A stretch of 64,000 bases of DNA, taken from the NCBI GenBank assembly GCA_002269645.1, contig NIVC01000990.1:124001-188000 (forward strand), in the 5' to 3' direction. This document shows positions 24,700 to 37,254 of the stretch, one piece after another (within the stretch, counting starts at the first letter, position 1; every line of letters starts with the position of its first letter). The DNA is from Macrostomum lignano (Eukaryota). The translations under genes and the position numbers were made by a program. The notes below the pieces were generated by a model. The model saw only the letters and a program-made list of their open reading frames with translations. It was not told where the DNA came from and ran no database searches.

Positions 24700-26915
24700 A
24701 AAACGCTCGGAAAGCTCAAATCGGCGCTGGAAAGCTCAAATCGGCGCGGGAAAGCTCAAATTGGCGCCGGAAGTCAAATTTGGCGCCAGGATCACCAAAT
24801 CGGCGCCAGGGATCGCCGAATCAGCGCCGGAATGCTGAAATCCGCTCGAGAAAACCTAAACCAGCGCTAGAGAGCTGAAACCAGCGCTAGAAAGCTCAAA
24901 TCGGCGCGGGATAGCTCAAATTGGCGCAGGATAGCTCAAATTGGCGCAGGATAGCTCAAATTGGCGCCGGAAGTCAAATTTGGCGCCAGGATCACCAAAT
25001 CAGCGCCGGTCGGCGCCAGGATCACCGAATCAGCGCCGGAATGCTAAAATCAGCGCCAAAAAGCCCGGACCAGCGCTACAAAGCTCAAATCGGCGCAGGA
25101 TAGCTCAAATTGGCGCGGGAAAGCTCAAATTGGCGCCGGAAGTCAAATTTGGCGTCAGGATCACTAAGTCAGCGCCAGTTATCGCCAAATCAGCGCCAAA
25201 AAGCCCGGACAAGCGCTGGAAAGCTCAAATTGGCGCGGAAAAGCTCAAATTGGCGCGGAAAAGCTCAAATTGGCGCCGAAAGTTAAATTTGGCTCCAGGA
25301 TCACCAAATCGGCGCCAGGATGGCCGAATCAGCGCCGGAATGCTGAAATCAGCTTGAGAAGACCCTAACTAGCGCTGGAAAACCTAAACCAGCGCTGGAA
25401 AGCTCAAATTGGCGCGGAAAAGCTCAAATTGGCGCCGGAAGTTAAATTTGGCTCCAGGATCACCAAATCGGCGCCAGGATCGCCGAATCAGCGCCGGAAT
25501 GCTGAAATCAGCTTGAGAAGACCTTAACTAGCACTGAAAAGCTCAAATTGGCGCTAGAAAGCTCAAATCGGCGCAGGATAGCTCAAATTGGCGCGGGAAA
25601 GCTCAAATTGGCGCCGGAAGTCAAATTTGGCGCCAGGATCACCAAATCGGCGCCAGGATCGCTGAATCAGCGCCGGAATGCTGAAATCAGCTCAAGAAAA
25701 CCTAAACCAGCGCTAGAAAGCTCAAACCGGCGCAGGATAGCTCAAATTGGCGCGGGAAAGCTCAATTTGGCGCCGAAAGTCAAATTTGGCGCCAGGATCA
25801 CTAAATCGGCGCGAGGATCGCCAAATCAGCGTTGGAATGCTAAAATCAGCGCCATAAAGCCCGGACCAGCGCCGGAAAGCTTAACTTGGCGCGGTAAAGC
25901 TCAAATTGGCGCCGAAAGTCAAATTTGGCGCCAGGATCGCCGAATCGGCGCCAGGATCATCAAATCGGCGCCAGGATCGCTGAATCAGCGCCGGAATGCT
26001 GAAATCAGCTCAAGAAAACCTAAACCAGCGCTAGAAAGCTCAAATCGGCGCAGGATAGCGCAAATCGGCGCGGGAAAGCTCAAATTGGCGCTGGAAGTCA
26101 AATTTGGCGCCAGGATCATCAAATCGGCGCCAGGATCGCTGAATCAGCGCCGGAATGCTGAAATCAGCTCAAGAAAACCTAAACCAGCGCTAGAAAGCTC
26201 AAATCGGCGCAGGATAGCGCAAATCGGCGCGGGAAAGCTCAAATTGGCGCCGGAAGTCAAATTTGGCGCTAGGATCACCAAATCGGCGCCAGGATCGCTG
26301 AATCAGCGCCGGAATGCTGAAATCAGCTCAAGAAAACCTAAACCAGCGCTAGAAAGCTCAAATCGGCGCAGGATAGCGCAAATCGGCGCGGGAAAGCTCA
26401 AATTGGCGCTGGAAGTCAAATTTGGCGCCAGGATCACCAAATCGGCGCCAGGATCGCCGAATTAGCGCCGGAATGCTGAAACCAGCTTGATAAGACCTTA
26501 ACTAGCGCTGGAAAGCTCAAATTGGCGCTAAAAAGCCCGAACCAGCGCTGGAAAGCTCAAATTGACGCGGGAAAGCTCAAATTGGTGCCGGAAGTCAAAT
26601 TTGGCGCCAGGGTCACCAAATCGGCGCCAGGATCGCTGAATTAGCGCCGGAATGCTGAAATCAGCTTGAGAAAACCTAAACCAGCGCTAGAAAGCTCAAA
26701 TCGGCGCAGGATAGCGCAAATCGGCGCGGGAAAGCTCAAATTGGCGCCGGAAGTCAAATTTGGCGCCAGGATCACCAAATCGGCGCCAGGATCCCCAAAT
26801 CAGCGCTGGAATGTGCCAACGAGCGTAGAAGTGGCAGCATATATCAGCTTGCTACTTCTGGGCGCCAAGTTTAATATACCGGCACCAATTTCAGCCTTTG
26901 GGCGCCAATTTTAGC
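24700..26915. repeat. GGCGC-core satellite with a ~159-bp higher-order unit built from ~20-bp subunits
   Basis: CCGGAATGCTG at 25991, 26150 and 26309 (159-bp period). Confidence 0.9.
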
Positions 26916-27069
26916 GCCCTGGCAAGGTCAATGCATTTAGTTCTCACTCAATGGAGCCGAAAAAAAGTTTTTTTTCTATTTTGAATTAGTGCCATGTATC
27001 TTGACAACCAATGCGAGTCAAGTTCTGGCGTCTGCTTCTCCACAGCCCCGCAATGGCATATCCTAACCA

Positions 27070-27166
27070 TTGTGGGCTGGCCCGCGCTAAGGGAGCCCAC
27101 CCCACCGTGGGGCGGACCCCGCTAACGGGCTATTTTTAGCGTGGGATGGGCTCCGCTAACGGGCGG
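27070..27166 (-). repeat. ~100-bp GC-rich dispersed repeat, copy 2
   Basis: Inverted copy of 5565-5660; abuts the SINE 3' end. Confidence 0.8.
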
Positions 27167-27478
27167 CCATAAACTGGGGAAAAGGCCCACAAGTGAAGGC
27201 ACCAAATGGGCAGATGTGCAACCGACAGCTCAGCCGCAGCTATTGCGCGGCGCATCTGAAGGCTGCGTACGGCTTTCAGTCCAAGGACTGGGGGGTCGCC
27301 ACACACACCCTCAATTACCCCAGCTAATACTGGCACCCATTTTACAGCTGGGTGAACTGAAGCAATGCAGAGTTGTGTTTTGCTCAAGGACACAAATTGT
27401 TACAGTGGGATCAGGAATCGAACCCACGACCTTCAAGTCGTAAGTCCGACGCTCTAACCACTAGGCTACAACATCTGC
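27167..27478 (-). mobile_element. tRNA-derived SINE
   Basis: A box TAGCCTAGTGG and B box GGTTCGATTCC, followed by a GTGTCCTTGAGCAA...CACCCAGCTGTAAAATGGGTGCCAG body typical of invertebrate tRNA-SINEs. Confidence 0.85.
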
Positions 27479-27659
27479 AAATCAAAGCAGATAAAAAACA
27501 ACTAGATGAACGGCGTTATAGCTTAAATGCACATTTATCACGAGTATCTCGGGAAGTACAGGTATAAGACACTCTAATTTAGCGTTCATTTTGTTAGCGT
27601 TCATTCTCATGTACATTATAATTACATGTATGTAGTTAAAAAATCGCACGAGAAAATTT

Positions 27660-28010
27660 CGAGCTGGCAATACCACCAGCTGCAAGTCATCTGACGCAAC
27701 AATATATGACTGATGACAATGCACTGGAATTTCCCATTGAGTACTTAAACTCACTGGAGCCTTCGGAATGTAAATGTAAATGTAAATTCCCCAAAGCTAT
27801 GTAACGGGGCACCAGGCTAATCGTCAAGCAGCTTTTTTTGGATGTGATTGAGGCGAAATCGTGACAGTATCTAGCAGAGGACAATCTGTGTTTATTCCGA
27901 GAATTCAAATGGTTCCATTGGACCTGCCTTTCCAATTCAAGCGGACTTCAGGACTGGAAACTTCAGTTCCCAGTGAAGGTTTGCCTTGCCATGACCATAA
28001 ATAAGCTAGC
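27660..28010 (+). pseudogene. Helitron Rep/Hel PIF1-helicase C-terminal remnant
   Basis: Frameshifted motifs FPIEYLNSLEPS, LCNG-TRLIVKQL, VFIPRI, LPFQFKR, LQFPVKVCLAMTINK. Confidence 0.85.
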
Positions 28011-28842
28011 TATTCTGGGGGCCATGGACATAACTTCACAAAAAACTTAACTTTTTCTCTATTTGCTAGTTGAAACTCGTCGAAACTCAAGGACATGGTT
28101 GAACTATCTGTTGCAAACCTTCTGAAACAAGAATCAAGTCATTGTCTCTCTAGACCCCACCAGTAGATTGATTTGCAAAGTAAGATGGTAGAATAAAGCT
28201 TGTGTGGGATTTCACATGTACTAATTTACACTTTCAATACGAAACATAATTTCATAACTCCTTACATAAGTTTGTCATTAATACTGTTGATGTCTTGCAA
28301 TATGCTCACTCTGCATAGCTGTTCTAGAATAATTAAGCAGTATAATTAGTCTTAGACAGCAACCGCTATCGCTTCTTTATTGTCTTACTTAAAAGCAACA
28401 TTTTAATCCCTTCTCCTTACTTAAAAAATTATTGAACAATTTAACAATTTTTTGTTCGATTATGACTTTCCGATTAAAAAATATAGCTAAAAAATCACTG
28501 ACCAAAATAATATAGTTCAAGCAAAGACATAATTATGCTCACACTCTGATAACTTACCCTAATGGCATTCGACGTACGAATACAATTGAATTCGAGGTGC
28601 GAGAACTCGTTTGTCAACTATTCTCATAGCATTAAAATCGGTGTAAGTGCATGCAGTTATTAACTGTATTGCTACCGCGGACTTTACTAAGGCATCGTTT
28701 CCGTGTTTCATCCCATTAACTTAAGCATAGGTAGGTACAGTAGTATTGATAGCTATATTTTTGGCTTAGAAAATCGTAGAGAACAAAGTAAGATGCCTAG
28801 ACTGTAATAAAAACCAGTTATAGGCTCAACAGAGTCCGAATA

Positions 28843-30327
28843 TCAAGCTGGCGAACTTCTTTCATGTTCAGACGACTCGAGCTCTTGAGCTTCCTGGTCA
28901 GCTAGTAAACTGGAGGCCAGAGGCCATGAGATCTTCTCCCAGTAGGCGATAGCGATTAGCAACAGGCAGATGACGCAGCCGTACGCATAGTGAGACATTG
29001 GCTTCGTCCTATTGCTGGGATCCAGACTCAGCACGTTGCAGGCCTGAAGTGTCAACAGAACTAAGCCGTTTAGAAAGACTGACAGTCCCCAGACCGTGTA
29101 GAAAATCCCCAGCATAGTCGCTTTGGCGCCAGAGTTAGCAACCCGGTAGACGATCTCATAGATTGCAATTGTAGTCAACACTGTAGTGATACCGTCGCAG
29201 AAAGCTGATGCGAAGTAGATCGCCCACACTGTCGAGGAACTCCAGCTCTCGATGTTGATTGCATTATAGAAGTCGAGCAGACTCAGCAGCATCAGTGAAA
29301 CTTTGGAGGCGGTCATGAGACAGAGACCAGCTCTGATGCGCGTCATCAGGTTTATGCACCCAGCTGGAGTACCAAACTTGTAGATTGCAGAAGCTCCGAG
29401 CAGGCTGAACAAAGTAGTGGCTGTCTGGTACCCAGCAAAAGGAACAAAAAAGGCCCAGTAATCATCGACGCCATGAGTGCGTGCAAAGAATCTGATCTGT
29501 TGCCAGTAAAAGTTGACTCTACATAACAAAATGCAGGCCAGATGCGGAATGGTTCCCGCCGAAATCAGATAAAACTTTTTAAGCCTTCTCCCGCTTGGAA
29601 GCATAAAGTATTGAACATTTTCTTGTTCTAGCTCAGGAGTTTTATTCCACAAAGTCACCATCGTCAGACACAAGACACTCACTATGCTGAAAATTACACT
29701 AGAAAATTCGAAACTCTTCTCTGTTAGGTACTTCAGCATTGACGGCATGGTTCCTAATGTCTCGCCAATGGCTGCAACGGCAAAGTAGAGGCAGAGCACG
29801 AGCTGTCTGGCACGACTGCTCGAGGCAATCTGCATCGGCGCATGCAGAGCAAGTGAGCTGACGATGCCCATGAAGAGCACAAACGGTAGCCACGACATGA
29901 CATACAGCGGCATCCTGCAAGACATGCCGGCTGACTCGAAGGTTGTCAGCAGGCCGCTACCGCTCAGCTGCAGCACAGCTGCAATCCACAGCGTCTTGAT
30001 GCACCCGACGAAAGCGTCGGACATCAGGCCTCCGAGCGTCGGCAGCACAAAAGCGGCGGTCGCGAGGGGAAGAATTTTGATATTTATTAAGCTGTTCGGA
30101 GTCTGTTTTTGATAGATGCACAGACCAGCTTCGGCGGCTGTTTGATTGTAGGATTTCACGTCGAATGAGATCATTTGATACTCGTACATGTTGCTGCAGA
30201 GCTTCATGATGAGCAGAAACGTCACAGTGGTTTTGGTTGTTTTGCTCATTTGCCGTGATCTTCCACGTCTGGTTAGGAGTAACGCAGACTCGCTCTGCGC
30301 CCCATCGAGGGGCGTGTTTAAGGGCAT
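28843..30327 (-). CDS. Divergent proton-dependent oligopeptide transporter (SLC15/PTR2, MFS fold), intronless, 494 aa
   Basis: Many hydrophobic helices; LGGLMSDAFVG resembles the PTR2 GGxxAD..G motif; YEIVYRVANSGAKATMLG resembles EF.Y..AP..M. Confidence 0.75.
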   Translation of the reverse strand: MPLNTPLDGAQSESALLLTRRGRSRQMSKTTKTTVTFLLIMKLCSNMYEYQMISFDVKSYNQTAAEAGLCIYQKQTPNSLINIKILPLATAAFVLPTLGGLMSDAFVGCIKTLWIAAVLQLSGSGLLTTFESAGMSCRMPLYVMSWLPFVLFMGIVSSLALHAPMQIASSSRARQLVLCLYFAVAAIGETLGTMPSMLKYLTEKSFEFSSVIFSIVSVLCLTMVTLWNKTPELEQENVQYFMLPSGRRLKKFYLISAGTIPHLACILLCRVNFYWQQIRFFARTHGVDDYWAFFVPFAGYQTATTLFSLLGASAIYKFGTPAGCINLMTRIRAGLCLMTASKVSLMLLSLLDFYNAINIESWSSSTVWAIYFASAFCDGITTVLTTIAIYEIVYRVANSGAKATMLGIFYTVWGLSVFLNGLVLLTLQACNVLSLDPSNRTKPMSHYAYGCVICLLLIAIAYWEKISWPLASSLLADQEAQELESSEHERSSPA

Positions 30328-31459
30328 GGCTTTATCTGTTATGTTCGTAACTTATTTGCTTAGTAAAATACTTGTTATGCCTTTAACACAGGTAAATTTA
30401 AACTGTCAATGCATATCTTGATATTTATCGTTGTGTAAACATCTACCCGGCGCATGCTTGGTACACATACATATTTTCGAATATTGAAGTTCCTTTTTGT
30501 GCAGCAATCTTAAAACGAACCTTGCCATGTCTGGAACAACCAATCACAGGAAGGAAGACATTCTGACTTTGCAATGATCGTTCCTTCAAGTTAAGATTTT
30601 GAAAAAGGCAAGCAAAAGGTTAATTTCCAAGCCTGTAAATTTTTTCTCTAAATATATAGCATTAGGATGCATATGGTGCCATAGTCATGGCTTGGTGCAA
30701 TTTTGAGTAGCCGTAGAGTTGTACTTTGGGAGCAGTGTGAGCAGTGTGGCAATGTGAGGACCTGCCAGACTGCCGTCCTGCTTAACAATTCAAAGACTCG
30801 GAAACTGACAGATTCTATTGAACAGCAGCTTGACTCGAAGCATCCAGTGAAACATTTCCCTTAAGAAACGAGCATTAGGAACTATACAAAGTCAAAAGCT
30901 GCGTGTTTCATTCATTGTATCAGCTTTTCTTTGTCGCCTTCCCAACGGGGTCCAAGATTGCCAGTCATTACCACAGTTATCACCCTTGGCTCGCGCGTCT
31001 TTACTTTATATTCATGCATCCACAGTACGTGTTAGAGCACTCAATTGGTTATCGTGCTGGGAATTGGAACCAGAAAGGGGAACAAATTCAAATGGTACAG
31101 CTAGATAATACAATCGAGAGTACGCGTGTTCCTATCCGACTTCGCTTTCTCAATGTGGTGCTGGAGCGCTGAGCTCTAGGCACTGGCTAACTAACTAACT
31201 TATGCTATGTACGTGCATCGTACGTGCACACCATTCTTTCCTCTCCCTTCACTCTGACTGGCCATCCCCTAAGCCGCCATGTACTTGTATTTATCATCAC
31301 GTGACTTTATTTCGGTGTTCTCTCAGCCCCTGCTCGTGTCATTATTTAATAAGCTACTTGCTAGTTAAAATAAACCTTGAGTTTCTTTATGCCAAGTTCA
31401 CGACACGACACTCAAGCTAAGATACTTTGCTTGCTACTTACTCTTCAGTAGTCGAGAAG

Positions 31460-32465
31460 CATTGTGTTGTTAAACTGGGGTGGGAAGCGTGTGCTTACCG
31501 CGGATCAGCCCGGGGAGGGGCTCTGCCGCTGTATATATTAGGGGCCATACTACCAGGGGCATAAAGCCAGAGAGGTCCAGATTGGGACTAGGACTCAGGG
31601 CCAAGTTAAATTGGCTTATTGGATGCTACTAGCCCAAGCCTATGAACACCGCCAACCCAACAGTGGAATCAGGACGGCAGGTGCAAAGACTGATCCACAC
31701 AAGCCACCAACCAACGACAAAACCCGAGTGTGCGCGCGCAAAAAAGATTGAAATGAAAAATTTTTGAAATGTTTTGAAACTTATTGATTTTTTGAAAGCA
31801 TGTCCAAGAGCGGGAGACTCGAGTCTTTCATATCTTTCATATTTTTATTACCCAGCTATAATAAGCCCAAGCCAAGGGGTTGGAGAGAAGTACCATGAAG
31901 CAAAAGGACCACCGGACTCAGCCGGTTTTCCCCGATTCGGGACAAACTCTTCCCCAGGACACCAATCCAATGAGAGCCAGAGACACAATAAACAGGGAGA
32001 CAACCAGAGGAGCCAGCAGATGTACCAAGGGAGAGCAAGATGGGCAAGAAAAGGGCAGAGCTCATATCTCCAAAGATTGGACGGCTGCATGGCCAAAGGG
32101 ATAAAAACAATAGGGAGGAGCTCCTGAACCCTTATTATGGGCTCAGCCTCAGGGCTGGCATCAACTGGGCTCTACCGTACACTTTTGTAAATGGTCGTCT
32201 TTCCTGCAGGGCGAGTACGACCAGGGGGCTCAAGTCCCAATCTAGCCGCACTACAATCCAGAGTCACAATCACTCCAGATACACCCCCTTAACCAAGGCA
32301 GGGCCGAAATAGAAAAATAAAGGGTCTATTTTCAGATGCGCACGTCACCTCCTGTGAGGGAACTTAAGTATAGAGCTACCCGAGGGGCAGGTCAAGTGGA
32401 TTGCGCACAACCCGAGAAATGCCGCCAGAAGGCAGCCGGGGAAAAACAATCAGAAAACAGTCTCG
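31460..32465 (-). mobile_element. Non-coding dispersed element, copy 1 (related to 53262-54545); possible non-autonomous retroelement
   Basis: Shares collinear conserved blocks and a GTTGTTAAAC end with the 53-54 kb copy. Confidence 0.55.
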
Positions 32466-33555
32466 AGAAGCATTCGAGTCAACATCGGCTGGAATGCATA
32501 CTAGCTTCATTTGGAATTATTGAGCTGTCCATGTTAATGAACCCTAATTATCGTACTTTATGGGTATTAGTCAACCATTTTGTTTATTGGTACCCCTTCA
32601 TAGGGGTATCTGATTTTACCAAGTTCACCCATTGTCTTAGTCAGTATACACACTCGAGTTCAACTTATTAATAACTGATTAATTGTTTTCAAACGTTTCG
32701 AATAGAGACGATTCGTGGGAATAATATTACACTGTATGCCTTCAAAATGGGGAACTGTTATGAAGCTTGATTCCTACACGAACCGAAACACAGGTAAACT
32801 ACCAAGACGCATGCGCAGCATCCATAGGTGTAGGTAGCTCGTACGTACGTATGTTGGAAAAAATTAAATGAAACAATCACGCGCGAAACGTATTTTCTGA
32901 ATATAAAAGTTTTAATTTACTATTAACCAAGCAATAGTCTGGGCAAGTAGGCATGAAAGGTAAAAAAAATTCAATAGAAACAGGCAGTCTGGCGTGTGCG
33001 CAGTGCAATTGACTCCCCAGACAAAAAAAGAACTTTATAGTTCTAGACTATTTCTCAGAAGGAATATCATTCTTTGAGTTACGCGCAATGCCTGAAAATG
33101 TCGGATTTTTTCTTCTATGCGATTTTCAATGCTCGGAAACCCTGGCCTTCCCAACGATAAATATTAACCAAAGAATATAAGTCTTATTATCATCCAGAAA
33201 CTTAACAAGAGAGAGCTGAATAATGCGCAAATGTAAACATACCGCGCTAAAAATAAATACACGAAAATCTTACTTGTACAATCAGCCAGTAAACATGTCT
33301 TAGGCGAGTATATGCGCATCAATAAAAATAATGAACATGAAGGCTGCCGGACATCTAGTATGACATACTCGAACAGAAATAAATCACACATACTGGAGTA
33401 GCACTGAGTACTGACTTTTGTAAAAACTAGTTTGAGATGAAAAACTGCAAGTGGGGTTTCTTGCGTCAGCCATTTTGTTTTCTTAAAAAGAAGCTCAGGC
33501 TACTAGTCTTTAGTCGCATCTTAATTCTGTTCTGCTTCCGATTCCTTTTCAAACC

Positions 33556-35208
33556 TTATTTATTCTTTGAACCCTTTTTCTTCTTACGATCCTCTTTCTT
33601 CTTAGGATCCTCTTTCTTCTTAGGATCCTCCTTTTTCTTTTGATCTTTTTGCTTCTTAAGATTATGTTTCTTCTTAGGATCCTGTTTCTGCTTTGGATCC
33701 TCCTTTTTCTTTTGATCTTTTTGCTTCTTAAGATTCTTTTTCTTCTTATAATCCTTTTTCTGCTTTGGATCCTGTTTCTTTTTTGTAACCTCTTTTTTCT
33801 TTGAATCCTGTTTCTTTTTTGTAACCACTTTCTTCTTTGAATCATTTTTCTTCTTAGGATCCTTTTTCTGCTTCTTCCGCACGTGCTCTGGTGTTAGTAT
33901 CTTTTTAGTTATGGGAAGCCGTTTGTCCGGAACAATGTAGACTCGAGTTCTTCTCAGCGACATCACGGATATTCCGAGGATGGAGGCGCGAGGGGCGCCG
34001 AACCACACCTCCGGAATGGCGCCGATTCTCTCAGCTATGCCGATGAATTCTTCCGCTGAATCGTAGCGAAGACGCACAGCCGATGGCGGCTTCGGCTGGG
34101 ACAGCAGCGTCGAAACATTCATCACAGGTAGACTGCGAGCAAACTTTTCTAGCTTAATATCAGCTGAGCGACCAATTACCTTGTCAATAGAGCTGTCGAG
34201 CAGAGTGACATTGAAACTGTTTTGAGCCATCCGACTCAGATAGTTGTGATAGAACGTCGAGCTGTACCCGTTTTTTCCTGACGAAACTCGCCCTCCGTTC
34301 CGCCCGATGTTGAACGTCCGGGACAGCTCGGGACGCACGCAGACCAGCCGATTATTCAGCATGTAGAGCCTCAGGAAGTCGTCGTACTGCGTCTTCGGCC
34401 AAACTTTCCTGACCTGCAGCCAGTGGCGCCGGTTGATCATCCAGCCGAGTCCCGGGAAGAAGTCAGTCCGGTGCAGCAGCTGTGGGTCCTCGGTCACGAG
34501 ACCAATTTGACCGTTGTCGTTCCATGCGGACACGCAGAAGATGCTCTCGTCCGAATCCAGCGCCCTTCGCAGCGAGCTGAAGTACTGGTAGAAATCCGGA
34601 GCAATCAGCAGGTCGTCCTCCATGAGCACAACGTAGGAGTAGTTCAGCTTCAGAATGAGATGGTCCAGCACGCGCAGGTAATGCCGCGCAATCTTTACGT
34701 AGGTGTCGCTTGAAGGCTTGAATTTGTGACTCTTGTCGTCGCTTAACCGCAACAGTTTAACCTCCGGCGTCTCGATCTGCTGCAGGACCTCGTTTGTTTG
34801 CTTTTCTGTGCCATCGAGCGATATCATGATGCGGAATCCGCTATCGGGCTTTTGAGCTACCAACTGTCTCACCAGCTGATGCACTTCTGGCCTCGTAGCG
34901 GCTAGCACGACCAGAGCGATCTCCTTGTTCTGCTGGGCATCCGGCGCTCGAACCGACGAGTTCGTAGAGCTCATTTGATGAAGACGAACTGCGGAGTTGC
35001 TCAAAGTCACATTAGAACTCCACGTAGTACGAAAGCCAGTCGAATCAGTTGATATTTCTGGCTTCTGTTTTTGTGCCGCTTTTTTAATATGATTATCCAG
35101 CGTCACAAAAGGATGCAGCAGGCCCAGAGCCAGTAAGAAAGCCAGTATAAAAACTCTTTGCCTGCGCGTCGCGCACAGCCGTCCACCGCGCCGCAGGCAG
35201 TCGAGCAT
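33556..35208 (-). CDS. GnT-I/MGAT1-like glycosyltransferase (GT13), copy A, with Lys-rich repeat tail
   Basis: N-terminal TM anchor; MEDDLLIAPDFYQYF, CVSAWNDNG, RTDFFPGLGW, RPELSRT motifs of the GT13 family. Confidence 0.9.
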   Translation of the reverse strand: MLDCLRRGGRLCATRRQRVFILAFLLALGLLHPFVTLDNHIKKAAQKQKPEISTDSTGFRTTWSSNVTLSNSAVRLHQMSSTNSSVRAPDAQQNKEIALVVLAATRPEVHQLVRQLVAQKPDSGFRIMISLDGTEKQTNEVLQQIETPEVKLLRLSDDKSHKFKPSSDTYVKIARHYLRVLDHLILKLNYSYVVLMEDDLLIAPDFYQYFSSLRRALDSDESIFCVSAWNDNGQIGLVTEDPQLLHRTDFFPGLGWMINRRHWLQVRKVWPKTQYDDFLRLYMLNNRLVCVRPELSRTFNIGRNGGRVSSGKNGYSSTFYHNYLSRMAQNSFNVTLLDSSIDKVIGRSADIKLEKFARSLPVMNVSTLLSQPKPPSAVRLRYDSAEEFIGIAERIGAIPEVWFGAPRASILGISVMSLRRTRVYIVPDKRLPITKKILTPEHVRKKQKKDPKKKNDSKKKVVTKKKQDSKKKEVTKKKQDPKQKKDYKKKKNLKKQKDQKKKEDPKQKQDPKKKHNLKKQKDQKKKEDPKKKEDPKKKEDRKKKKGSKNK

Positions 35209-37254
35209 TGGATGCTGTTTTTCGACGAAATCAAGTTAAGGAAAGACGCACTGAGTAGCGAATTTTACTCAAGGGGCCATGAGTAGCTGAAAACGCATAA
35301 GCAGGCCAGCGTGTAGGGACTGAAGTCTGCTTATAGCTTCATGGCTTAGAATGTAAAACTTTACGCACAGACCCTATTTACGACCGGGAGTTCGGGCCAT
35401 TTAAGTAACCATGCAGTTGCATTGGCGCTACAAACAGAGAGAATATTTCGTGCCAAACATCGGAGTACACTACGCAGAGGTAGGAATGGAGGCAGAGCAA
35501 GATTTTTAGAACTTGATCCTGGAGTGCCAACTCTACTCCAAACACGCATTTAGTACCTATTGAGGCTGATGTAACTGTTCAATTTCAACCCAAGTAGATA
35601 GGCGAGTTTCTGTGCCACTTCTTGCTAAAATTGCCATAACTTCCACTCATCTTGACAAATTTATTCAAAGTCCCTCTTAATGTAAATCTCAATAAGTTCT
35701 TCGAATTGCAGCAACAGCAGAAGTAGGAACTTATTCAGCTTTAAAATGAGGCAGAGTTTCTGAAATTTGGTTATGGTTGGTTGGTAATGGCAGTTTTAGT
35801 AAAATGTGACTGATACACAAGACTCGCCCGTCTGCCGCGGTAAATTGAACCACTGCTCTAGCTCTAGGCCTCAATTGATACGAAAATACGACGTTAGGTG
35901 CTAAAGGTAGAGTTGGTATTCCAGGTCCTAGTTCTAGAACTCCTTGGCTGGGTGCAGGGGTTGGATGGGAGAGAGGGGGGTGAGGCTGAAATTGTCTGCG
36001 CATTGGTCAGCATAGAAGAGCTCGAGAGAATGGCTTTGTTGGCTTTGGCTTTGTCAAAGAAAGAAAGAAATGCATAATAACGCCAGCACTGTGTTAGGCG
36101 GTTTTATATTGAGCAGCTATATATTCTAGTTAGTTTGCTTAGCGCAGAAGCTTTGAATGCTGGCTATACTCCGCACTTTTTGGTATTGGACAGTTCATTT
36201 TGCTGTCACACGCACATGGATACTCCCACGGGCAAGGGTGTACGCACGAACAACATACGACTAGGCAATGTATGTACAAACTCTGTGCTTTTAAGTTGGC
36301 TCTTATGAGAGTCAATCGCACAAGCCTCCCATTTAGCATTGGTTTGTTCATGAGCCACCGGTTAAAACAGAAACTGAAGGAATAAATAGGTACATTTTGC
36401 GCTTTAAAAAGAATCTGAAAGTGTTAGACCAGCAGAGTGGTTTCGCTGTGACAACGGGCTGTACATGAATCAAGTTCAGCAGATGCTTGTACTATAGGCG
36501 ATAGAACGGTTTAGGGTAATTACCCAGAGCTCTAGCCTTTTCCCATGGTCGTAATTGCTGTATAGTAATTGCTTCTCACTGCCTCTCGTGGTCAAAGGTT
36601 CCGGTCAGGATTGGCGGCAGTTGGTTGTATCCATCCAACTCCTTTTATGGAGAGCGCCGGTGTGTCACGTCTTATAGAATTTCTGCGTTGTTTTATTCGT
36701 CTGAATGAAATAAGACGACAAACGTATTTGGCCAGATACTTTTAAGTTATCCAAACTCATTCGGTCATCTTGAATTCCTCTCTGAGCAGAAACTATCTTA
36801 TGCCTTATCTTATTCGTCTTAAAATATACCAACATTGCGAGAAGACAATAAATGGTAAAATGATTACTGCAAAGTAAATTGCAACAAAAAGACAACAACA
36901 ATCCAGAACTGATTGAAGTACTCGTACACAAAATTAGTCAATGTACTTTATCATATTTATAAGATGTGAAAAAGAAATTTATCGTAAATAGCTAATTTAG
37001 CCTGTCCTTTAGATAAATCCTGCACATTTTACAAATATATGTATAAGCAAAGAAATTACGAGCATATGTTGAATTATCAAATTTCCTTATCGATTAAGTC
37101 CTACGAGCTTTCTAGGTCTTTCATTAAGTTGACATTGGTCCTCAGCACAAAGTTTCTTTGTGTGAGTCAAGTTAGAAACCTTTCTTAGTCTCTAGTTCAT
37201 ACCAAGCATTTCGATTATTTTAATTAGAAGCCTAAAACTATTGTCAAATATTAG

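Noticed and set aside
27400-27478. Functional tRNA gene
   Set aside because: The tRNA-like head runs into a SINE body with no clear acceptor stem or Pol III terminator.
30903-31420. Short ORFs and a possible solo LTR
   Set aside because: No clear TG...CA boundaries with a TSD, and no protein motif.
33437-33845. Alternative-frame and antisense ORFs over the GT13 tails (also 44122-44454, 34423-34713, 45032-45322, 50182-50472)
   Set aside because: Shadows of the real gene and its repeat.
35209-35250. Splice-acceptor-like AACAG just upstream of the GT13 ATG (possible trans-splice site)
   Set aside because: Weak polypyrimidine tract; cannot be distinguished from chance without transcripts.
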